From contig OZ245817.1 in NCBI GenBank assembly GCA_965228475.1, positions 3,136,001 to 3,200,000 on the forward strand: a stretch of DNA of 64,000 nt, given 5' to 3'. The position numbers and the translations under genes were made by a program. The notes beneath the pieces are model-generated. The model made no database searches and was not told the DNA's origin. It saw nothing but the letters and a program-made list of their open reading frames with translations. The DNA comes from Myxococcota bacterium. GTDB taxonomy: Bacteria > Myxococcota_A > UBA9160 > JAFDDA01. Below are positions 1 through 9,913 of this stretch, piece by piece (positions within the stretch are counted from its first letter, which is position 1; each line of letters begins with the position of its first letter).

Positions 1-930
1 ACTGGCTACGCGGGAGGAGGTCGTGCAGGCGAAGACGCGCCCGAGCCCCTGGCGCGCGGCCTGCTCGAGGGCGTACTCGACGATGTGGGCGCCGACGCCC
101 TCTCCGAGGAAACGGGTCAGCGTATAGAGGGAGGCGATCTCTCCGGACTTTCCGTCGGCGTAGGGCAGGAGCGCGCCGATCCCGGCCAGGTGGCTCGCGT
201 CGACGAAGGCGCCGAACCCCGAGGCGAGGATCCCGTCGAGCTGGGCGGCGGAGCGCGGCGCGAGGTAACCCTCCTCGACGCCGCGCGCGATGAGATCCGC
301 CGCGGCGTCGAAGTCGTCGATGCCGAGGCGCCGCACCGCCACGTAGCGCTCGGGCGTGAAGAGCGTGCCCGAGCCCGAGTAGGTGAAGAGCTCGTCGGCG
401 AGCCCCTCGACCGTGCAGAGGTTCACCGCCGGGAAGTGCGCGGCCAGGAGCCGCTCGATCTCCGCGAGCAGCCCGGTGCGCGGGTCGGCAACCCCCTCCC
501 GGAGCTCGGCCAGATCGACGAAGGAGACGCGCTCGCCGTCCGGGCGAACGAAGCCCCCGACCCGGTCGAGGTAGACGAGCTTCGTCAGGCCGAGCGCGAG
601 CGCGGCGTCCGCGGCGCGGGTCGAGCCCTCGGGGCGGGTCGCGACCGCGGCCCGGGGCTCCTTCGCGAGCCGCCGCCAGACCCGGCCCGGCAGGCCCGGC
701 GCATCGGCTTCGAGCGGCGGCGCGCCCGTGAGCTTCTCGAGGGCCGCCCGATCTTCCGAGAGCAGGACCACCGGAGTCCGGTTCGCCGCGAGCTCGGCGA
801 GCACCGCTTCCAGCGGCTCCGTCTCGCCGAGCACCTCCCCGGGCAGCGCGAAGGCGAGCGTCCGCCCGCGGAACTCCTGGAGGTAGAAGTCCTTCTCCGA
901 AAAATTGGCGGGCAGGGCTCGGCGCGGCAT
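1..930 (-). CDS. argA: ArgA-like amino-acid N-acetyltransferase (degenerate amino-acid-kinase-like domain + C-terminal GNAT); 3' end runs off the window
   Basis: Not in the ORF track because there is no stop in the window. Manual translation from ATG at 930: MPRRALPANFSEKDFYLQEFRGRTLAFAL...LADELFTYSGSGTLF...GEIASLYTLTRFLGEGVG...RVFACTT. ELFT..GSGT and the GNAT acetyl-CoA motif are typical of ArgA. Confidence 0.7.
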   Translation of the reverse strand, partial: MPRRALPANFSEKDFYLQEFRGRTLAFALPGEVLGETEPLEAVLAELAANRTPVVLLSEDRAALEKLTGAPPLEADAPGLPGRVWRRLAKEPRAAVATRPEGSTRAADAALALGLTKLVYLDRVGGFVRPDGERVSFVDLAELREGVADPRTGLLAEIERLLAAHFPAVNLCTVEGLADELFTYSGSGTLFTPERYVAVRRLGIDDFDAAADLIARGVEEGYLAPRSAAQLDGILASGFGAFVDASHLAGIGALLPYADGKSGEIASLYTLTRFLGEGVGAHIVEYALEQAARQGLGRVFACTTSSRVAS

Positions 931-1049
931 AGCCACTGAGTTTCGCCGATTTCCCACGGCTCGCCCGCCCCGGCCCCCGCGCCGCGCCCGGGCGCCGCGC
1001 CGGCCATCATGATGGCGGCCATGCACGGCCAGCCGTTATCGTGCGCGCC

Positions 1050-2828
1050 GTGGAATCGCTCGATTGGCAGGGCTGGCTCACCCTGGGCGTGATCGTCCTG
1101 GTGCTCGCCGCCATGGTCCGCGGCATCGGCGCCCCGGATCTCGTCCTCATGGGGGGCCTCTTCCTGTTGGCACTCTGCGGGGTCCTGACGCCCGAGGAGA
1201 CGTTCAGCGGCTTCGCGAACCCGGCGATGGCCACGGTCGGGGCGCTCTTCATCCTCTCTGCCGCCATGCGGGAGACCGGCGCCCTCGAGCTCACGCTGGG
1301 CAGGCTCTTCGGCCGCGCCCGCGACGAGCGGGGAGCCCTGATCCGCACCCTCCCTCCCCTCGCCTTCCTCTCCGCCTTCCTGAACAACGCGCCGATCGTG
1401 GCCATGATGACGCCGCTGGCCGTGGACTGGGGCCGCCGCCGCGGCGTCCCGGCCAGCCGCCTGCTGATCCCGCTCTCCTACTCGACCATCCTCGGCAGCA
1501 TCGTCACGATCATCGGGACGAGCGTGATCCTGATGGTCTCGGGGCTCGTGACGGATGCCGGCATGCCGGCCCTCGGCTTCTTCGAGCTGGCGCCGATCGG
1601 ACTCCCCCTGTGCGCCGTGGGCCTCGTCTACCTGATCTTCGTCGCGCCGAACCTGCTGCCCACGCGCTCGGACCCCGCGACCCAGGTCGGCGAGCGCCGG
1701 CGCGAGTACACGGTCACGATGATCGTCGAAGACCACTGCCCGCTCGTCGGCCAGAGCATCGAGGACGCCGGCCTCCGCTCGCTGCCCGGCCTCTTCCTCT
1801 TCGAGATCGAGCGCGCCGACCACCGCGTGAGCCCCGTCGGCCCGGACGACGTGATCGAATCCGGCGACCGGCTGGTCTTCGCGGGCGTCGTCTCGACGAT
1901 CGTCGATCTCCAGCGCATCCGCGGCCTCGTCCCCGCCGCCGAAGACGATGCGCCCGCGCCCGCCACCCACGACGACGGCTGGATCGAGGCGGTGGTCTCG
2001 CGCTCGTCGCCGCTGATCGGCCAGAGCATTCGCGATGCCAACTTCCGCAGCACCTACGACGCAGCGGTCATCGCCGTCCACCGGAACGGCGAGCGCATCC
2101 CGGGCCGCATCGGTGACATCGTGCTGCGCGCGGGCGACACCCTGGTCTTCCGCGCCGCGCCGCGCTTCCTCGAGACCCACCGCCACAGCCCGGACTTCTA
2201 CCTCGTGAGCGAGGTCCCCGAATCCCGCACCCCCCGCCACGACCGCGCCTGGTTCGCGATCTCGATCTTCGTGCTGATGGTCGTGTTGGCCGCGACGGGC
2301 GTCCTCCCCATCGCGATCGGCTCCTTCGTCGCCGGCGGCATCCTGATCGCCACGCGCTGCATCTCGGGCAACCTCGCTCGCCAGAGCATCCAGATGCACG
2401 TGCTGGTGGTGATCGCCGCCGGCCTCGGCATCGCGCGCGCGATGGAGAAAACGGGCGCGGCCGGGCTCCTCGCGAGCTACGTCGTCGACGCCGCCCTGCT
2501 ACTCGGCCCCCTCGCGATCCTCGCCACGGTCTACCTGGTGACGATGGCGCTCTCGGAGCTCCTCCACCACGCCGCCTCGGCGGCCTTGATGTTCCCGGTG
2601 GCGATCGCGGCGGCCGAGCGCGCGGACCTCGACCCGCGCGCCTTCGTGGTGACCGTGGCGATCGCCGCGAGCTGCGCCTTCGCCTCACCGATCACCTACC
2701 AGACGCACCTGCTGGTCTACGGGCCGGGCGGCTACCGCTTCACGGACTTCGTGCGCGTCGGCCTGCCGCTCGACTTCCTCTGCGCGGCCGTCGCCCTCGT
2801 CCTCATTCCGATGATCTGGCCTCTCTGA
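1050..2828 (+). CDS. SLC13 family permease with TrkA-C (RCK_C) domains (sodium:sulfate/dicarboxylate symporter-like)
   Basis: Hydrophobic N- and C-terminal halves, SAFLNNAPIV, TIIGTS and SPITYQTHLLVYGPGGYRFTDF motifs, two central RCK_C repeats. Start placed at GTG 1050 (track start 1041). Confidence 0.9.
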   Translation: MESLDWQGWLTLGVIVLVLAAMVRGIGAPDLVLMGGLFLLALCGVLTPEETFSGFANPAMATVGALFILSAAMRETGALELTLGRLFGRARDERGALIRTLPPLAFLSAFLNNAPIVAMMTPLAVDWGRRRGVPASRLLIPLSYSTILGSIVTIIGTSVILMVSGLVTDAGMPALGFFELAPIGLPLCAVGLVYLIFVAPNLLPTRSDPATQVGERRREYTVTMIVEDHCPLVGQSIEDAGLRSLPGLFLFEIERADHRVSPVGPDDVIESGDRLVFAGVVSTIVDLQRIRGLVPAAEDDAPAPATHDDGWIEAVVSRSSPLIGQSIRDANFRSTYDAAVIAVHRNGERIPGRIGDIVLRAGDTLVFRAAPRFLETHRHSPDFYLVSEVPESRTPRHDRAWFAISIFVLMVVLAATGVLPIAIGSFVAGGILIATRCISGNLARQSIQMHVLVVIAAGLGIARAMEKTGAAGLLASYVVDAALLLGPLAILATVYLVTMALSELLHHAASAALMFPVAIAAAERADLDPRAFVVTVAIAASCAFASPITYQTHLLVYGPGGYRFTDFVRVGLPLDFLCAAVALVLIPMIWPL

Positions 2829-5800
2829 GGCCCGTCGCCGCCCGGGCCGCGGCGGCCGGGGGCAGCGCGGCATCGCTGCGCTCGGCGCGCGAGAGCCGCT
2901 CCCGGAATCGGCCGAAGCCGCCCTGGACGTCGTCGAGGATCAGGTAGAGGACGGGCACCACGAAGAGCGTCAACCCGCTCGCCGCCGCGAGACCGAACAC
3001 GATCGCGGTGGCGAAGGGGCCGAACACCGGCGAGTAGCCCGTGAGCCCCATGGCCATGGGCAGCAGGCCCGCCACGGTGGTCACCGTCGTCAGCAGGATC
3101 GGACGGAAGCGCTTCGAGCTCGCGATGTGGACCGCCTCGCGGGCCTCGGTCCCCCGCGACCGCTCCTGGTTGACGAAGTCGATCAGCACGAGCGAGTCGT
3201 TCACCACGATGCCCGCCAGGCCCACCAGGGCGTAGAAGACGTACATCGAGATCGGGTAGTGCCCGACGAAGGTGTTCATCGCCCACATGCCGACCGTCAC
3301 GCCGATGAAGGAGAAGGTGATGACGCTCATCACGATGAACGGTTGGAAGTACGAGCGGAACTGGGCCGCGAGGATGGCGTAGATCGCCAGCACGGCGATC
3401 AGGAGGGCAGCGCCGAGGTCCGCCATCGCCTGGTCCGTCGCCTGGAACTCGCCGCCGAAGACCACGTTGGTGCCCGGGAAACGTTCCGGGATGTCGGCGA
3501 AGGCGGCGGCCATGGCTTCGTTCGCCGAGGTGGAGGTGGCCTGGACGCCGTCGACGTTCGCGTAGACGACCACCGCCCGGCGGGCGCCGAAGTGGTAGAG
3601 CCGCTGGAAGCCGCGCTCGAGGTCGATCGAGGCGACGTCGCCGAGCTTCACGCGGTAGCCGGCGGGCGTGCGGATCTCGACGTCGAGGAGATCCGCGACC
3701 GAGGCGCGCTGCTCCTCGTCGAGCAGGACGCGGATGTCGACGTCCTCGTCCGAGGTCGGATCCTTGAAGGTCGAGGGCACGACGCCCTCGTTCGCGGCCA
3801 TGAGCGCGAAGCCGACGTCGTCGAAGGTGAGTCCGTGCAGCGAGGCGCGGTGCTCGTCGAGCTTCACGCGCAGCTCGCGCGGGCCGAGCGGCGTGTTGTC
3901 CGAGATGCTGTGGACGCCGGCCAGCGTCCGGAGTTCGGCCTTCATCTCCGCGGCGATCTGCTTCCCGACCGAGTAGTCGTCGCTCTGGATGCGGATCGCG
4001 ACGGGCTTGCCGATCGGCGGGCCGTTGCGCGGCAGCATCACGCGCAGCGTCTCGAGCCCTTCCCGGTGGGCCGGCCAGTACTCCCCTTCGAGGCGCTCAC
4101 GGACCAGCCGGAAGACCCGATCCGGGTCCGCGATGTTCTCGCGCGTGTTCGGGAACTCGAGGAAGAGGATGCCGTAGTTCGGCCCGGTCATCGGGACCTC
4201 GTCGGCGTCCATGCTGAAGCCCGTGTAGCTGAGGACGTCGGTCAGCTCGTGCCGGACCGGCTCGAGGGCCTGCTCGACGCCCTGCACGATCTCTTCCGTC
4301 TGGTCGATGCCGTAGTCCCGCGGCGCTTCGATGGCCACCATGAACTGGTTGAAGTCGCTCGGAAAGAGATCGACCGGGACGTGCTGCCAGAGTCCGAGCG
4401 CGAAGACGAACGCGCCGATGCTCGCTCCGAGGAAGGCGTAGCGGTGCTCGAGCGCCGCGGACTGCGCGCGCAGGTATCGGCTCCGGGCTCCGGCGATCGC
4501 GCTGTCGACGGCGAAGCGCACGCGGTAGCTCGCCCGCTGCCAGCCGGGCTTGTCGCCCTCTTCCTCGACCGAGGCGCGGGCGCTCCGCCGGCTTCCCCAA
4601 TCGACGTAGTGCGCCGGCAGGATCACCAGCGCCTCGAGCAGCGAGCCGAGCAGGCAGACGATCACGGCCTTCGGCAGGATCGACATGAACTCGCCGCTCG
4701 TGCCGGTGATCGTGAGCATCGGCAGGAACGCCGCGATCGTGGTGCAGATGGCCGCGGTGACCGGCCACATCACCTCCTCGGTGCCGTTCACGACGGCCTG
4801 CTCGAAGGGCTCTCCGGACTCGACGCGTCTGTAGATGTTCTCGAGGATGATGATCGCGTCGTCGACGATCATGCCCGAGACCATGATGAAACCGATCAGC
4901 GACAGGCTGTTGATGGTGATGTCGAAGACGGGGAAGAGCGCGAGAGCCACGAGGAACGAGAACGGCACGCCGATGATCGCGAGCAGCGCGTTCCGGAAAC
5001 CGACCGAGAGCCACAGGATGAAGACCACGAGCACGACGCCGAGCACGAGGTTCGAGCGCATGATCTCCATGCGCGAGTCGACGTACTCGGAGGAGTCCCA
5101 GGACACCGCGAGCTCGATGCCGGGCGGCAACTGGCTCTGGGCCTCGGCGACGAGCGTCTCCACCCGCTCGACGAGTTCGATCACGTCGTAGTCGGCGTCT
5201 TTCGAGATGCCGAGCACCATCGCGGGGTCGCCGTTGTGGCGCCCTGCGAGCCTCCGCTTCGCGAAGCCCGGCTCGACGCTCGCCACGTCGGAGAGCCGCA
5301 CGTGGTTTCCCGCCGGATCCTTGCGGACCACCGTGTTCGCGAGCTCCTCCGCCGAGAGGAAGTTGCCGAGGCCGCGGACCGTGATCTCCTGGTCGCCCGC
5401 GTCGGTGAAGGATCCGCCCGCGAAGTTCTGATTGTTGCTGCCGATCACGCGCGAGAGCTCGCGCAGGGTGAGGTCGTATTGCAGAAGCCGATGCTTGTCG
5501 ACGAGCACCCGCAGCTCGCGGTCGCGGTCCCCGCGCAGCTGGGCCTTGCGCAGGCCGGGGATGCGCTCGAGACGTTTCTTGAGGTCGCGCGACACTTCGC
5601 GGACGGCGTGCTCGCCGACGCCGCCCTTGTCGACCACCGCGACCATGCAGATGTTGTAGACCTCGGAGACCGAGAGCTCGGTGAGGATCGGCGCTTCGGC
5701 GTCTTCGGGCAGGTCGTCCACGCGGTCGATGGCCGCGCGCAGGTCGTTCAGCGCTGCCTCGTAGTCGATCTCGGAGAGGGTCTCGTCCCACTCGACGTTG

Positions 5801-6072
5801 ATCTCCGAGAATCCCTGGCTCGAGAAGCTGAACATCTCCTTCATGCCGGAGATGCCGTCGATCTCCTCCTCGAGCTTGGTCGTGACGAGGCGCTCCACCT
5901 CGTCCGGCGAAGCGCCGGTCCAGACCGTGGTGACGACGGCCGTGTTGAAAGAGATGTCCGGGAAGACGTCGACCGGGATGCGCTTCGCCGTCATGGCGCC
6001 GACGAGCATCAACACCACGAAGAGCAGGTTGACCAGGACGACCTGGCGGACGGAGAACGCGGGAAGGCTCAT
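2803..6072 (-). CDS. RND efflux transporter permease (AcrB/AcrD/AcrF family)
   Basis: 1089 aa; GMIVDDAIIILENIYR, GIVVNDSLVLID and RFRPILLTT motifs; GASPDEVERLVT. Confidence 0.95.
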   Translation of the reverse strand: MSLPAFSVRQVVLVNLLFVVLMLVGAMTAKRIPVDVFPDISFNTAVVTTVWTGASPDEVERLVTTKLEEEIDGISGMKEMFSFSSQGFSEINVEWDETLSEIDYEAALNDLRAAIDRVDDLPEDAEAPILTELSVSEVYNICMVAVVDKGGVGEHAVREVSRDLKKRLERIPGLRKAQLRGDRDRELRVLVDKHRLLQYDLTLRELSRVIGSNNQNFAGGSFTDAGDQEITVRGLGNFLSAEELANTVVRKDPAGNHVRLSDVASVEPGFAKRRLAGRHNGDPAMVLGISKDADYDVIELVERVETLVAEAQSQLPPGIELAVSWDSSEYVDSRMEIMRSNLVLGVVLVVFILWLSVGFRNALLAIIGVPFSFLVALALFPVFDITINSLSLIGFIMVSGMIVDDAIIILENIYRRVESGEPFEQAVVNGTEEVMWPVTAAICTTIAAFLPMLTITGTSGEFMSILPKAVIVCLLGSLLEALVILPAHYVDWGSRRSARASVEEEGDKPGWQRASYRVRFAVDSAIAGARSRYLRAQSAALEHRYAFLGASIGAFVFALGLWQHVPVDLFPSDFNQFMVAIEAPRDYGIDQTEEIVQGVEQALEPVRHELTDVLSYTGFSMDADEVPMTGPNYGILFLEFPNTRENIADPDRVFRLVRERLEGEYWPAHREGLETLRVMLPRNGPPIGKPVAIRIQSDDYSVGKQIAAEMKAELRTLAGVHSISDNTPLGPRELRVKLDEHRASLHGLTFDDVGFALMAANEGVVPSTFKDPTSDEDVDIRVLLDEEQRASVADLLDVEIRTPAGYRVKLGDVASIDLERGFQRLYHFGARRAVVVYANVDGVQATSTSANEAMAAAFADIPERFPGTNVVFGGEFQATDQAMADLGAALLIAVLAIYAILAAQFRSYFQPFIVMSVITFSFIGVTVGMWAMNTFVGHYPISMYVFYALVGLAGIVVNDSLVLIDFVNQERSRGTEAREAVHIASSKRFRPILLTTVTTVAGLLPMAMGLTGYSPVFGPFATAIVFGLAAASGLTLFVVPVLYLILDDVQGGFGRFRERLSRAERSDAALPPAAAARAATGLREARSSE

Positions 6073-7241
6073 GCCGGGCCCTCCTCGCCCCGGTTCGCCT
6101 GGACCGGCGCCTTGCGCTTCACCCCTTCGCCGTCGCGTAGCTCACGGACGCCGGTGATCGCGATCTCTTCCCCGGCGGTCAGGCCCTCGACGACCTCGAA
6201 CGCCTCCGGATGGAACGCGACGGCCCGCGCGACGACCCGGCGCTGCTTCGCGACGAGCCCGGCCGCCCCTTCCTCGACGACCCAGACGAAGCGCAGGCCG
6301 AACTCCTCGAGCGTCGCTTCCCGGGGCACCAGCGTGCGCGCGACGGGCGCCCCGAGTGCGACCTCGACCTCACCCACCATTCCCGGCAGCAGACGACCCG
6401 ATGCATTGTCGACCTCGATCTCCACCGGGAAACGCCGCGTCTCGGGGTCCGCGGAGGAGCCGACCCGCAGGACGGTGCCCGCGAAGACCTCGTCGTCGAA
6501 GGCCTCCACGCGGAGCGAGACGGCCTGGCCCGGCGCGAGAACGACGATCTCCCGGTCGGCGACGCCGATCTTCATGCGCGCCGTCGCGAGATCGACCAGC
6601 TCGGCCAGGACCTGGCCCTCGCGGACGTACTCGCCGGCCTCCACGGGGAGGCTCCGCAGCTCGCCGGCGAAGGGCGCGCGCACGGTCTTGTTGTCGAGGT
6701 CCTCGCGCGCGCGCCGGACCATCGCCCGGGCTTCCCGGACGGAGGCCGCGGCGACGCGCTCGCGATTCTCCGCGTCGTCGAGCACGGAGTCCGAGAGGAC
6801 GTTGCGGGCGGCGAGCTCGCTGCGCCGCTCGAGGTTCGACGTGGCGAGAGCCAGCTCGCTCTCGGCCCGGGCCAACGTTGCCCGCGCGCGCTCGAGCTCG
6901 ACGCGGGCGAGCACGGGGTCGATCGCGACCAGGGCCGCCCCGGACTCGACGCGGTCGAGCTCCTCGGCGCCGAGCGAAAGCACCGGCCCGTTCGTCTCGG
7001 CGAAGAGCTTCACGGTCCGCCGCGCCTCGAGCACGCCCGAGAATACGGCCCGGGCCTGCACCTCGCGTTCGACCACGCGCTGGGTCGCGACCTCGCGCAG
7101 GGCCGCATCGGTCGCGACCTCCGTGGTCCGCTCCTGCTCGGGCGCCGCCGCAAACAGCAGCATCCCGGCCGCGAACAGGCCACCTCCGACGACGAGCAGG
7201 ATCAGGCGAACGCCCCAACGGGAACGGGACGGTTCGGTCAT
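6069..7241 (-). CDS. RND periplasmic adaptor (membrane fusion protein)
   Basis: N-terminal TM segment, coiled-coil hairpin, VRAPFAG and LLPGM motifs; 4-nt overlap with the RND permease gene. Confidence 0.93.
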   Translation of the reverse strand: MTEPSRSRWGVRLILLVVGGGLFAAGMLLFAAAPEQERTTEVATDAALREVATQRVVEREVQARAVFSGVLEARRTVKLFAETNGPVLSLGAEELDRVESGAALVAIDPVLARVELERARATLARAESELALATSNLERRSELAARNVLSDSVLDDAENRERVAAASVREARAMVRRAREDLDNKTVRAPFAGELRSLPVEAGEYVREGQVLAELVDLATARMKIGVADREIVVLAPGQAVSLRVEAFDDEVFAGTVLRVGSSADPETRRFPVEIEVDNASGRLLPGMVGEVEVALGAPVARTLVPREATLEEFGLRFVWVVEEGAAGLVAKQRRVVARAVAFHPEAFEVVEGLTAGEEIAITGVRELRDGEGVKRKAPVQANRGEEGPA

Positions 7242-7918
7242 TGCGGGTCTCCTTGCTCGCGGGCGGCCGGGAGGACGCTTCCCCGGACCAGCCCTTCGAG
7301 GGCGTGCTTCAGCGTCTGGCGGAGCGATTCGGCGTGGGCGCGCTCGGCGTCGAACACCGAGCGGTAGACGTAGCCGTCGTAGAGCGCGACGAGGCCCTGG
7401 GCGACGGCCTCGGGCTCGAAACCCCTGCGGAAGACGCCCTTCTCCTGCCCCGCCCGCAGGGTGGCCACGAGCTCGGCGTCGATGCGCGCGTAGCGCTCGC
7501 GCAGGTCCGCGAAGAGGCGCTCCTGGCTCGGACCGCCGCGTGCGACCACCGCCCAGACCTGGAGGTTCACCATCATCCCCGCGGTGACGTCCTCGAAGCT
7601 CTCGACCAGCCCTCGGATCCAGCCGTGGAGGCGCCCCTCGGGGTCGTCGGGCGAGCCGACGTAGAGATCCGTCCGCCGCTCCGCCTCGTCGTAGGCCTGC
7701 AGGACGGTTGCGAGGAAGAGGTCTTCCTTGCTCTCGAAGAAGTTGTAGAGCGTGCCCTTGGAGACCCGGGCCTCGGCGGCAACCGCTTCCATCGTCGCCG
7801 CCTCGTACCCCATCCGGGCGCAGACGGTCCGGGCGGCCACGAGGATTCGGGCTTGCTTGTCATCTGCCGATCCCCGGGTGGAGGCCGGCTTCGCCCGGGT
7901 GGGCGTCGAGATGGACAC
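7238..7918 (-). CDS. TetR/AcrR family transcriptional regulator
   Basis: ILVAARTVCARMGYEAATMEAVAAEARVSKGTLYNFFESKEDLF helix-turn-helix; heads the RND operon. Confidence 0.95.
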   Translation of the reverse strand: MSISTPTRAKPASTRGSADDKQARILVAARTVCARMGYEAATMEAVAAEARVSKGTLYNFFESKEDLFLATVLQAYDEAERRTDLYVGSPDDPEGRLHGWIRGLVESFEDVTAGMMVNLQVWAVVARGGPSQERLFADLRERYARIDAELVATLRAGQEKGVFRRGFEPEAVAQGLVALYDGYVYRSVFDAERAHAESLRQTLKHALEGLVRGSVLPAAREQGDPQ

Positions 7919-7941
7919 GGCGATCTCCTGGGCGCAGGAGA

Positions 7942-7959
7942 GTACTGACTAGTCAGTAC
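7942..7959. promoter_or_regulatory. Perfect 18-bp palindrome GTACTGACTAGTCAGTAC, probable TetR operator
   Basis: Self-complementary, relatively AT-rich, 23 nt upstream of the tetR start codon. Confidence 0.8.
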
Positions 7960-8452
7960 CGCTAGTCCACGACCTTAGCGCGGAAGCGCCCCGGGTCAAG
8001 CGCGCGCGTCACCCGGGGCCCCCTGGGCGGCACTCCCCAGGCTGGGCGCAACCAAGGCCGAGCCAGAAACCCGTTGGGCCCGACCCAGCGGGGACCGATA
8101 GAACCGTAGGCTTTTAGCACCGGTTTCTGCCGACTGACGACCTCGGCGACCCGCGGGCGACCCGCAGAAAGGGCTACAAAATTCTGGCACTTCCGAGGAG
8201 AATGGCTCATTATCGTGGGCTACTCAGCGCCCACACGATAGGCAGACCCGCCGCGGCGAGACTGACCGGAAAACTTGCACATCCCGCCCAGCCCAACGGA
8301 CGCTCCCATTGCGCGTACCACACCCAGGGGCCTCGGATGCAGGGAAGCAAGCTTCGTGATGCTGCGGTTGGAACGTCTATGAAACCGAAGACCCCCGGGC
8401 GGTATCCGAACTCGGTATCGGGAGTGCACCGTGGGGTTGGAGAGGGAATTTC

Positions 8453-9829
8453 GTGAAGCTCGAGGAACGCCAAACCATGAGTGGTGGTGAAGGAACCGTG
8501 CGTCGATCCAGTGCAGCCGTGCCGGCTTCGGCGGCGGAGGACCTGGATCCCGGCCGCGAGCGGCGGCCGCTCGAATCGTATTTCCAGGAGATCGGCGGAA
8601 CCCGCACGCTCAAGCGTGAGGAAGAAGTCATCCTGGCCAAGGAGCTCGAGGCCGCGACGGCCCAGCTGCGGGACGCGCTCTACGCGATCCCCGTCTGCGC
8701 CAAGCACGTCGTCGAGCGCTGGGACCAGCTGCGCGCGCTCTCCCACACCGGCGCCAAGCTCTCGGAGTCGGCCGGCGACGAGGAGACGGGCGAGATCGCG
8801 GCCCGCGTGGAGCGCGCCGTGAAGCGGCTGCGCAGCCAGCTCGCCGAGCGCGAGCGTCTCCAGAAGCGCGGCGGCACCGTCTCCGTGCAGAAGGTCGACG
8901 TGCGCATCGCGCGCGAGATGCACAACGCCCAGCTCTCGCTGGCCGTGCTCTCGGAGCTGCGCGAGCGCGTCGTGAAGCTCGAGATCGACATCCGCAAGAT
9001 GCGCCGCGGCACGAAGAAGCTCGAGGGGCTCGAGGCCGAGGCCGGCGTCGACAAGGAGCGGATGATCGAGCTCACGGACGGCGTGCTCGATGCCCACGAC
9101 CGCATGACCCGGGTGAAGAACGAGTTCATCGAGCACAACCTGAAGCTCGTGGTCGCCATCGCCAAGGACTACCGGAACCTCGGCCTCTCCTTCCCGGACC
9201 TGATCCAGGAAGGCAACCTGGGCCTGATCCGCGCGGTCGAGAAGTTCGACCACCGGCGCGGGTTCAAGTTCTCGACCTACGCGGTCTGGTGGATCCGCCA
9301 GGCGCTCGTGCGGGCGATCCAGAACCACTCGCGGACGATCCGCCTGCCCTCCCACGTCCACGACCGGCTGCAGCGCAGCCAGCGCGTGCGTGCGGAGCTG
9401 ACGGGCAAGCTCGGCCGGGAGCCCACGGCGCAGGAGCTCGCTCCCGCCCTCGGCACGGACTCGGACTCCCTCGAGGCCCTCGACCGGCTCTCCCGCGAGG
9501 CCATCTCGCTCGAGTCGACGGTCGCCGGCACCGAGAAGCGGCTCGAGGACTTCGTGGCCGATGCGGGCTCGAGCCGGCCGGACGGCGGCATCGACGGCGA
9601 TCGCATGCGGACGGGCGTCGGCGCCCTGGTCGGCTGCCTCTCGCCGCGCGAGCAGCTGATCCTGCGCATGCGCTACGGCCTCTCGGGCGAAGAGGAGCAC
9701 ACGCTCGAGCAGATCGGGCAGTCGCTCGGCCTCTCGCGCGAACGCGTGCGGCAGCTCGAGGCCCGGGCCCTGAAGAAGCTGCGGGAAGCCGCACCGGCCC
9801 AGCGCCTGCACCCGATCCTCAAGCCCTAG
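8453..9829 (+). CDS. Sigma-70 family RNA polymerase sigma factor (RpoD-like/group 2, no obvious region 1.1)
   Basis: Region 1.2 (LESYFQEIG...EEEVILAK), region 2 ([42 protein letters not shown]), region 4 ([20 protein letters not shown]). Alternative start ATG 8477. Confidence 0.93.
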   Translation: MKLEERQTMSGGEGTVRRSSAAVPASAAEDLDPGRERRPLESYFQEIGGTRTLKREEEVILAKELEAATAQLRDALYAIPVCAKHVVERWDQLRALSHTGAKLSESAGDEETGEIAARVERAVKRLRSQLAERERLQKRGGTVSVQKVDVRIAREMHNAQLSLAVLSELRERVVKLEIDIRKMRRGTKKLEGLEAEAGVDKERMIELTDGVLDAHDRMTRVKNEFIEHNLKLVVAIAKDYRNLGLSFPDLIQEGNLGLIRAVEKFDHRRGFKFSTYAVWWIRQALVRAIQNHSRTIRLPSHVHDRLQRSQRVRAELTGKLGREPTAQELAPALGTDSDSLEALDRLSREAISLESTVAGTEKRLEDFVADAGSSRPDGGIDGDRMRTGVGALVGCLSPREQLILRMRYGLSGEEEHTLEQIGQSLGLSRERVRQLEARALKKLREAAPAQRLHPILKP

Positions 9830-9857
9830 GGCCCGAATCGACGGGACCGAAGGCAAG

Positions 9858-9901
9858 AACGAAAACGCCCCCGAGCGACTCCGCTCGGGGGCGTTTTCGT
9901 T
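9858..9901. terminator. Bidirectional intrinsic terminator between the sigma factor and the ABC ATPase
   Basis: 20-bp perfect stem aacgaaaacgcccccgagcg / cgctcgggggcgttttcgtt with 4-nt loop and A/T tracts on both sides, between convergent genes. Confidence 0.9.
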
Positions 9902-9913
9902 TCGGGGCTGGCG

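Noticed and set aside
85..939. 284-aa plus-strand ORF
   Set aside because: Antisense shadow of the argA-like gene; no recognisable motifs.
8184..8200. TGGCAC upstream of the sigma factor as a sigma-54 promoter
   Set aside because: No TTGC at the -12 position.
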